IMG/VR virus record: IMGVR_UViG_2713896750_000003
Span: 39,170 to 103,169 of that record
Length of the DNA: 64,000 nt
Reading direction: 5' to 3' (one strand)
Source: a virus
Taxonomy: Duplodnaviria; Caudoviricetes
Made by a program: the position numbers and the translations under genes
Notes under the pieces: model-generated
Told to the model about the DNA's origin: nothing
Database searches by the model: none
The model's input: the letters and a program-made list of their open reading frames with translations, nothing else
Part shown: one piece after another, positions 57,333 to 64,000 of the stretch
Position numbering within the stretch: position 1 is the first letter of the stretch
Layout of the letters: the number at the start of each line of letters is the position of its first letter

Positions 57333-57674
57333 GATTATAAATCACTTTTTTTAGTGAATTATAAGAAAAGGTGACAGGTCTCACACATAGGCTATTTTGC
57401 GTCTAATCCCTTTTATTTCAGCAGCTTGGAAGCTTGACATATGAGGCAGGCATGCTATTCGCGCAGGCGATTTATATATATGCGATTGACGAGTGAGAGA
57501 TAGAGAAATTTACCGCAGTCTCCCAACAGGCTACTTGTCGCCTCATATATAAAAATTGGGCTATATAAAGCCGCGGCTAACCACGGCTTGCCTATAAAAG
57601 GGGAACGGTTGAAAAAGAAAGATTCGAACACTCACCATGGAGCCCCACGGCTAGCCACGGCAAGAAATCAGATA

Positions 57675-57709
57675 GAAAAAAAGGGCGCATCAAGAAGAGT
57701 GCGCCCTTT
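57675..57709 (-). terminator. orphan terminator in a non-coding region
   Basis: AAAGGGCGCA...TGCGCCC-T7 on the minus strand. Confidence 0.65.
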
Positions 57710-58152
57710 CAGAACAGAGAATTCTGAAATGTCATTCGGTGTCGGGAGCTGAAGCCCTCACCTAAGACTAATCTACATAGAACAACGTCAAGGCATTTAA
57801 TCTTGCGTTGTATTTATAATGTAACACAAAAGCAGGGGTAAAAAGAAAGTCTGCAAAACTGCCTATCGGCTATTGCTTTGTTTTTCGTCGATTTGTTTTG
57901 TCAGTTTGGCATTTAAGCTCATGCTTTCCTTTCTGTCATGGTTGTTTAATCTTCACTTAAACAGCCGCCCTACTCCATTCCTTTTAAAGCTGGACACAAC
58001 CTAAAATTCGAAAGGATGAATGGAGTGCCAAATCAGGAATTCGAGAACGACGGTATTGTGCCGATTGCGACCAGTCGGTATCTAAATCCCTAACACATAC
58101 GTAGCCGGAATTAGGAAGACCCTTAACGGAACACCACGGCTAGCCACGGGTA

Positions 58153-58207
58153 AATTTAGAAGAAACCACTATCCCCATCGAATAGAGACAGTGGTTTCTT
58201 CTAAATT
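58153..58207 (-). repeat. long hairpin (18-bp perfect arms, 26 bp with G-U on the minus strand)
   Basis: AATTTAGAAGAAACCACT...AGTGGTTTCTTCTAAATT. Confidence 0.75.
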
Positions 58208-58478
58208 ATTGTCCGTAGTGAACCTGCGGCCACATTTCATCCAAATCGAGACTCTGAATCATGGTTAATTCAGCCTCCCTTATCACCTGATCGTATTCCT
58301 CTTTAGCTTCCTCCAAGTCCGTGTAAGTCTGCCCACGCTCATAAAACAGATGACCGTTCTGTCCGGTTCTGTAAATCTGAATGCGGAATGTGGTTATCTC
58401 TTTCTCCACGCACTGCAAGAAGAAATACGCTTTATCACCAATTTCGTGATTTCTTACTATCATTGGCACAGACAACAT
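58206..58478 (-). CDS. hypothetical protein
   Basis: 90-aa ORF with GGGGTG RBS. Confidence 0.65.
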   Translation of the reverse strand: MLSVPMIVRNHEIGDKAYFFLQCVEKEITTFRIQIYRTGQNGHLFYERGQTYTDLEEAKEEYDQVIREAELTMIQSLDLDEMWPQVHYGQ

Positions 58479-58489
58479 AAAAGCACCCC

Positions 58490-58777
58490 CTAAGCTTTTC
58501 TACGGTTGTATTTTGCTCGCTCGCGACGAAGCGCTACTTCAAAGTCGGAGGCGGTCTTAGAATCGCTCACAGCTTCTTCTCGCTGCATCCCAAACGTAAC
58601 TGCTGCATCATAAGCGTTCATTTTCATTGCTTGACTCAGGGATTGACTTAATCGACGCTCCGAACGCTCTTTCATGGTGACATAGGCACCCTTTCTTTTT
58701 CGTTTAGGCCCAGAAGAGGGATAAACCTTAACCTCAAAGTTCAAATCTTTATCAAAATAACTGGTAATAGGCTGCAT
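58490..58777 (-). CDS. small basic hypothetical protein
   Basis: GGAG RBS before ATG 58777. Confidence 0.6.
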   Translation of the reverse strand: MQPITSYFDKDLNFEVKVYPSSGPKRKRKGAYVTMKERSERRLSQSLSQAMKMNAYDAAVTFGMQREEAVSDSKTASDFEVALRRERAKYNRRKA

Positions 58778-59036
58778 TGCGTACACTCCAATATTCAAAT
58801 AATCAACTGTCGTCTTTGCGACATGCATATGATCAGCGATGAGAGTCGGGAGCTTAAGTAACGCCAGAGGCATCAGAGGAAAACCGCGGTTAGCAGTAGA
58901 GTATTAGTACCAAGGAAGCCCACGGCAAGGCATGGGAAGAGCGGAAGGGAAGAGAGTGAAGAAAGCCTATATCTCTCGGAGGTGAAGTGGCAGCCTTATA
59001 TATAAATTTTACCCCTTATAAGGCCGCCTTTGTTCG

Positions 59037-59534
59037 CTACTGCAACGTGTATACGGGGCGCATGCAAGGTTTACTCAGCTTGAGAGGCTCAATGAGCTCA
59101 CCAAAGTCATTGCCGAGCACAGTCCAGCCTGAACGAAAGGACGGAGAAAGGTTGGCGCTAATAGAGAGCTCCTCAGCCGCTCTCAGACCCAACAAAATGT
59201 CCTCAATACTCATCTTTAACTGAAAATTGGACTCCTCGATTAGCCAATCAATTGGCCCTCTTACATCCCATATCGCCTCGTCTCTATCCTGAATCATGCT
59301 TCTTAGCATGGTGGCAAAGAGATGAAAGACGCGGTCAATGTCGCCGAACTGACCAAGAAGAGTCATGACACTTTCCTCATCCCTCTCCTTTTTGAATAAA
59401 TTTTTGCACCTGACAACCTTGTCGTTCTCAAACAAAAAATTGTCAATTCGAACCGTGTCTCTGGTGCTATCGTTAATAGTCACAAGGCTCATTTGTTGAT
59501 ACTCATAGTCGTAGTCAATTTTTACTACCAGCAT
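59037..59534 (-). CDS. hypothetical protein
   Basis: GAGGA RBS before ATG 59534. Confidence 0.65.
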   Translation of the reverse strand: MLVVKIDYDYEYQQMSLVTINDSTRDTVRIDNFLFENDKVVRCKNLFKKERDEESVMTLLGQFGDIDRVFHLFATMLRSMIQDRDEAIWDVRGPIDWLIEESNFQLKMSIEDILLGLRAAEELSISANLSPSFRSGWTVLGNDFGELIEPLKLSKPCMRPVYTLQ

Positions 59535-60222
59535 AGGTTCCTCTTCACTGTACATTGTGACGTAGCCGGAGTTAGAAAGACTCCTTGCTACTTTTAGTGT
59601 TATGCGTACAAACCCGCTCAGATTCAAAGCGGAACCCATAAGAAAACAAAAACGAAGACTCAAAATGTGTGAGGATTATGCACCCCTTACACTAAGCCGA
59701 AGAAACTAGCCAAAGAAACTAACTCAAAGACACAGGCTAAAAAGCTCGATAACTGACAATCTTCATAGTGTGAAATAGCGAGTGGCGACTCTGTTGCATC
59801 ACAACCAAGAGTTGCTCGTATCATTGTCAACCTTGATTACTTTGCGTCTTTGCCTTTGCCTGATGTTTCGTGCCATAGGGAGCTTGATAAGAGATAGGGT
59901 TCAATACTGGCCTCATAACATTAGCCACCGACGACGAAGGAGGAGATTGACCATTACTCTCTGATGTCCCTATTATGCTTTGCTCTCTAGTGGTTCGCTT
60001 ATATACCTAGTGTATTAAGCGCTTACTAAGTCAGTTAAACGCTCAAATCAACATTGCAACGATTTACTTAAAGATGGTTTTCTTGCCTCCTTTGTGACTT
60101 TATAAATTGAAGAAAAGGGTGAGAATTATGGATACAAGATCACAAAATTAACGTGACAGGTATCAAATTATGAATAGCTTTTGACTGAGTTATCATTAAC
60201 AGTAATGTCATTCATATCACCC

Positions 60223-60567
60223 CTACCCATAGTAGAAAACGTCCATTTCTGAGTAGCCGGATTCGCTCTCACACGCTTCAGGTTCATCAATTTCACACTC
60301 TCTAAGGGGAAGTGAGCCTGAAAGCTTTTGGAGCTCTTCTGAAGCTTTTGAGAGCGATTCTGAGCTTCCGTCATCATGATTATCTTCTGCTAACACAGAT
60401 AACATCGCCGCTAACAGTTCGCTATTGCGTTTCTTCCAATTTGCTAACGATTCTTCACCAACAGGTTGATGATCTTTTATCTCCTCGTAATAGGCCGCGA
60501 CCATCTCCTCATCATCAAGACTTTTAATGTAGTCGGTCTTGTCGACACCTCGAATAACTATCAACAT
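60223..60567 (-). CDS. acidic hypothetical protein
   Basis: Overlapping operon ORF with GGAG RBS. Confidence 0.62.
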   Translation of the reverse strand: MLIVIRGVDKTDYIKSLDDEEMVAAYYEEIKDHQPVGEESLANWKKRNSELLAAMLSVLAEDNHDDGSSESLSKASEELQKLSGSLPLRECEIDEPEACESESGYSEMDVFYYG

Positions 60568-60911
60568 GGTTCAGACTCCAAATTGAAATGCTCCTCATAA
60601 GCGGAAACAATCTGACGATGACCTACCTCCGCTTGTTCGTAAGTTTGATACTTCCAGGTCGACTCGCTGAACTCCCCTCCCATGACCATGGTGTGAAAGA
60701 AACAACCGTTGTCGTCGATGCCGGTAAATACCGTGGATATGACAATCTTAGTGCCATCAATAAAAAGCTGATCAGCGGCAACAACTCGACGCTCCGGGCT
60801 GTTCTTCATGAAGTCCTCAAAGAACTCCTTTGTAGTGCGAACAGGGCGGTTGCGACTATCCAGCACATAGAGAGAACTGAGACGCTCTTTGTCCATTTGC
60901 CCGCACATCAC
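60561..60911 (-). CDS. phage-type hypothetical protein
   Basis: ISTVFTGID...FHTMVMGG...YQTYEQAEVGH motif. Confidence 0.68.
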   Translation of the reverse strand: MMCGQMDKERLSSLYVLDSRNRPVRTTKEFFEDFMKNSPERRVVAADQLFIDGTKIVISTVFTGIDDNGCFFHTMVMGGEFSESTWKYQTYEQAEVGHRQIVSAYEEHFNLESEPC

Positions 60912-60913
60912 AA

Positions 60914-61813
60914 CTACTCCTCCTTGATGCTGTCTAGCCAGTTACTTAACGTACTCTCGAAAAGATCTTTGTATCTTTGGCCACGTATTTCACGACGACC
61001 CTTTCTGAGATAAGACTTTTCTGTAATTCCGCTCTTACCAAGGGACACGGAGTCGATAAATACGTTGTATTTGGAGAACTCTTTTCTTAGTACAACCAGA
61101 AGTTCTGAGGAGCGCTCAGACACGATGCCTCGTAAATCGCCAAGTTCATCAGGACTTAAAACAGCATCTACGGCAGAGTTGGACTTTCTTAGGAAGCCCC
61201 CTACCGTCCAGCTCAAATCAATCTGAGAGGCGGTTTCTATAGTGGTGGCGTAATAAACCTCCCTATTACGAACAGCTCCACCTGGTGTGCGATAACGAAC
61301 GGTACGAGTGTACACCGCGATAGAGCTATCTAATTCCTTGAATAGCTTTAAGGCGAGTGTTCGGTTAATACGAAAAACGCGATCAGGATTGTTCTTAAGG
61401 GCCTCAAACAGGTTGTCATCATCAATGGCATCAGAGAGTTCGATGATCTCATCGTTTTCCGGGTCTAGCTGTTTAAATATTTCCTCTTTGTCAGACATGG
61501 AGGAAATGTCCAAAGCTTTTGATGGTTTAGGTTTAGAAGGCTTAACTCGCTCTTTTAAGGAGTCGTCATCGCCTTTGATCAATTCAATTACGTCATCATA
61601 AACACCGAGATGCTGAAGAACGGCCAGAGCGGATGCTAAGGTAGAGCCGTTACCTGTCTCAAGATTAGTGAGTATGTTTTGAGATAATCCAATAGCTTCA
61701 TTGACGTCAGATTGCCGCTCACCTTTAGCAACACGAGCAGACTTTACAGCCTTACCAAATCTTTTAAGTAAGGTAGGGACTTCTAGTTTGGTTTTTCTTG
61801 TCATGTTATGCAC
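60914..61813 (-). CDS. XRE-family HTH protein with large C-terminal extension
   Basis: FGKAVKSARVAKGERQSDVNEAIGLSQNILTNLETG. Confidence 0.78.
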   Translation of the reverse strand: MHNMTRKTKLEVPTLLKRFGKAVKSARVAKGERQSDVNEAIGLSQNILTNLETGNGSTLASALAVLQHLGVYDDVIELIKGDDDSLKERVKPSKPKPSKALDISSMSDKEEIFKQLDPENDEIIELSDAIDDDNLFEALKNNPDRVFRINRTLALKLFKELDSSIAVYTRTVRYRTPGGAVRNREVYYATTIETASQIDLSWTVGGFLRKSNSAVDAVLSPDELGDLRGIVSERSSELLVVLRKEFSKYNVFIDSVSLGKSGITEKSYLRKGRREIRGQRYKDLFESTLSNWLDSIKEE

Positions 61814-62122
61814 TTAATGGTTTGTTTATTGGCTGTGCTTGGAGATTAACTCACTGATATTAGTGGGTCAATCGAGATAGGCTAAGTTCCAGCTTATTAC
61901 CTACCAAGCTCCCTGAAAGCTCCCTGACGCGCTTTAAGCATCTAAGACGTGTATTTGCTCAACTTTTGTTGTTTCTCGTCTGTATGAAGCGCAGAGAGAG
62001 AATGAGTGACGATTTAATGCTAACTTTTAACTGATAAACTCTAATTTACTGTTAGCATTAAGATATCGTCAGGTTAACAATCTAATTCCGCATGTACTTG
62101 TTATGCAAGAAGGTTCCTTACA

Positions 62123-62211
62123 TCATCACTTAGGCGAATCCCCTACTAAATAAGTAATAATTAAAAATAAGAGTTTTTATATATAGTAGAACGCTCGGAA
62201 AGTGATGACGG
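62123..62211. promoter_or_regulatory. bipartite inverted element copy 3
   Basis: TCATCACTTA (62123-62132), AT-rich 66 bp, AAAGTGATGACGG (62199-62211). Confidence 0.6.
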
Positions 62212-62359
62212 ATGCGGAACGAAAGAAATGAGTGCTCGGAATTATAACTTACGCCTCCGGACGGGAAGGCAAAGATCAGCCTGCGGTACGAGTTCAAACG
62301 TAGCATCGCGGAGTTTTAATTCGTATCGTAGGCCACGGGGTCTGGGGTGTAGCCCCAGC

Positions 62360-62763
62360 TTGATCATGAAAAGTTATCCACAGATGAGAGACTAAAGATC
62401 TAAAAATGATCTTTTTACTTTATTTTACTTTTAAAGCGATCTCTATATTTAAGTATTACTTATATACTTTACTTAGGGGAATCTAAGTTCTTTTATTTCA
62501 ATGATTTATCCTCTAGAAAATGAAAAACACATACCGCAATAAGCGAGAAAATGAAAAATACATACCGCAATAACTGGGGAATATGAAAAATACATACCGC
62601 AATAAGTGAGAATATGAAAATCACATACCGTATTTTTTTGCAGATTGTTCAATGTTTAACCAGCAAAGTGGCGATCAATGTATCGATTTGAAGATCATTT
62701 GTTGAATATGAAAAACACCTACCGTACTATCTCCTCCAAATACAATATGAAAAGTACCTACCG
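62360..62763 (+). other. iteron-type plasmid replication origin
   Basis: DnaA box TTATCCACA at 62374-62382, clustered GATC and 13-mer-like AT-rich tract, then iterons. Confidence 0.88.
62516..62763 (+). repeat. iterons, core ATGAAAA(A)(C/T)AC(A/C)TACCG
   Basis: Copies at 62520, 62551, 62583, 62614 (31-32 bp period), 62708 and 62747. Confidence 0.9.
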
Positions 62764-62769
62764 CATTAA

Positions 62770-63984
62770 ATGACAAGCCGAAGCTTAAGCGAAAATGAAA
62801 ACGTCGAAGAGCCTAAAGGTGAACTCGTTGTCGCCGAACAAAGCGGACAGCTTGTAGAGGTTGATTTTAGACGTCTAAATCAATACTCGTATCACTCGAA
62901 AAAGGATGCAGAGAAAAACATCTTTCGCGTTGGCAATGAAATGATGCAGCAGATGGCTGCGGTCCATCCAAAAAGCTGGAGATTGCTAGAGTTAGCCATT
63001 AAAAAGCTGGATCTTTATTCCGCCAAAATCCCCACTCACAAAGACTTTATCGCTGGACTGGAAAGCGGGGAAAAGTACATTCCTCAAGAGTTCAGAACCA
63101 TTAAGATAGAGGCGGAAGAATTTGCAGATGCCTACAACATAACGGATAAAGCGGCAAAGGCGCAGTTTACTCAAGACGCACTGAAGCTAATGGATGAGCG
63201 GCTTATCTCCATCGCAGAAGACGATGAAGAAGGCGCAAGCATAAAGATTCAGCAAGTAGTTAGTGGAATGACGTTTCGCGTCAGAAAAGGTAGAAGTCGA
63301 AACTATATCGAGTACCAACCCAATGATATGTTCGACAAGGGAGAGTCAAAGATCAAACTTAAGCACCACTGCTCGGAGGTGGAGATTGAGCTGTCAATGC
63401 ACACAGCCAAAGGTTTGTTCTTGATCATGGACCGATTTACCAGAATCAACTCCAACATCACAAGAAGGTTAAGTCCAGCGGCACACAAGCTTTACACCTT
63501 GATGTGCATGGAGCGAGCGGCCATGAGCATGAAAGATTCATGGGAGTTTTCTTGGAGCTTGGACACTTGGAATTCAAGACTTGGAACCAATCATAAGCTG
63601 ATGTCTACGCTGATCAGAACGTTTAAAGCGCACGAGGAGATCACGAGAGAGACGGATATTATCGCCGAGGCGTTTCCTGAAGAGTCTTCAAAGTCTGGTA
63701 AGTCATATAAGCTTTTTACTGTCCGGTTTCGTACCAATACAAACTTTAAGATTGCCGCCCCTAAAAAGAAAGACAGCATCACAAGACCAAGATTGCCTCG
63801 TCAAACGAGAGCTGCGAAGGTTAAGGGTTCTAGTGAGCAAGGTCTGTGGGCGAGAAAGTGTCTTAAGGTGCTAATGAGGTTCCGAGACGAGTGTAAGCGA
63901 GAAGGAAAGGTGTTTCCAAAGCGAGACAGAGAGCGAATGGAGAAGTGCTTGAGTATCACGGGCGGCCTGTTCGATGAGTACTAA
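62770..63984 (+). CDS. repA: plasmid replication initiator protein (Rep_3-like)
   Basis: Flanked by iterons; AEEFADAYNI...LKLM, LSPAAHKLYTLM, WSLDTW..RLG winged-helix pattern. Confidence 0.82.
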   Translation: MTSRSLSENENVEEPKGELVVAEQSGQLVEVDFRRLNQYSYHSKKDAEKNIFRVGNEMMQQMAAVHPKSWRLLELAIKKLDLYSAKIPTHKDFIAGLESGEKYIPQEFRTIKIEAEEFADAYNITDKAAKAQFTQDALKLMDERLISIAEDDEEGASIKIQQVVSGMTFRVRKGRSRNYIEYQPNDMFDKGESKIKLKHHCSEVEIELSMHTAKGLFLIMDRFTRINSNITRRLSPAAHKLYTLMCMERAAMSMKDSWEFSWSLDTWNSRLGTNHKLMSTLIRTFKAHEEITRETDIIAEAFPEESSKSGKSYKLFTVRFRTNTNFKIAAPKKKDSITRPRLPRQTRAAKVKGSSEQGLWARKCLKVLMRFRDECKREGKVFPKRDRERMEKCLSITGGLFDEY

Positions 63985-64000
63985 ATGAAAAACACATACC
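63985..64000 (+). repeat. downstream iteron (possible start of an incA-like copy-control array)
   Basis: ATGAAAAACACATACC directly after the rep stop, cut by the window end. Confidence 0.8.

Noticed and set aside
55800-60200. tRNA genes in the intergenic stretches
   Set aside because: No cloverleaf with T-loop GTTCRA and matching acceptor stem found by eye
62516-62640. 31-32 bp periodic repeats as a CRISPR array
   Set aside because: Spacers are only a few bp, no cas genes, and the context (DnaA box, rep) identifies iterons

Overview
A ~64 kb segment of a temperate siphovirus-type phage-plasmid whose gene order resembles SSU5/pHCM2-like elements. The host is probably a Gammaproteobacterium, judging from the DnaA box, clustered GATC sites at the origin and CRP-like sites. 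From left to right it carries: (1) a minus-strand replication operon with ATP-dependent ligase (truncated by the window edge), primase, RMF-like protein, DnaB helicase and an Hfq-like protein; (2) an enzyme cassette of GT4, two twitch/SPASM radical SAM enzymes, GT8 and a small lipoprotein, translationally coupled to a 1876-aa Ala/Ser-rich tail fibre and its putative adhesin; (3) a complete lambda-like tail and HK97-type head module, including a G/GT -1 frameshift at GGGAAAG; (4) terminase next to a ParB-ParB-ABC ATPase-GNAT cluster; (5) SF2 helicase, M15 endolysin, a DUF3800-like gene preceded by a structured RNA, PhoH, a short tyrosine recombinase with a lox-like palindrome upstream, and a tandem IHF/HU protein; (6) several small unknown genes; (7) an iteron-type plasmid origin with its Rep gene. 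Non-coding highlights are a 20-bp palindrome (TTAAGTAAGTACTTACTTAA) dispersed at about 13 gene boundaries and a second bipartite element (TCATCACTT...AT-rich...AAAGTGATGACGG) found three times. The best candidate for an undescribed system is the tail-fibre-coupled glycosyltransferase/radical SAM cassette, followed by the DUF3800/ncRNA module. All calls come from motif recognition by eye; no searches were run.
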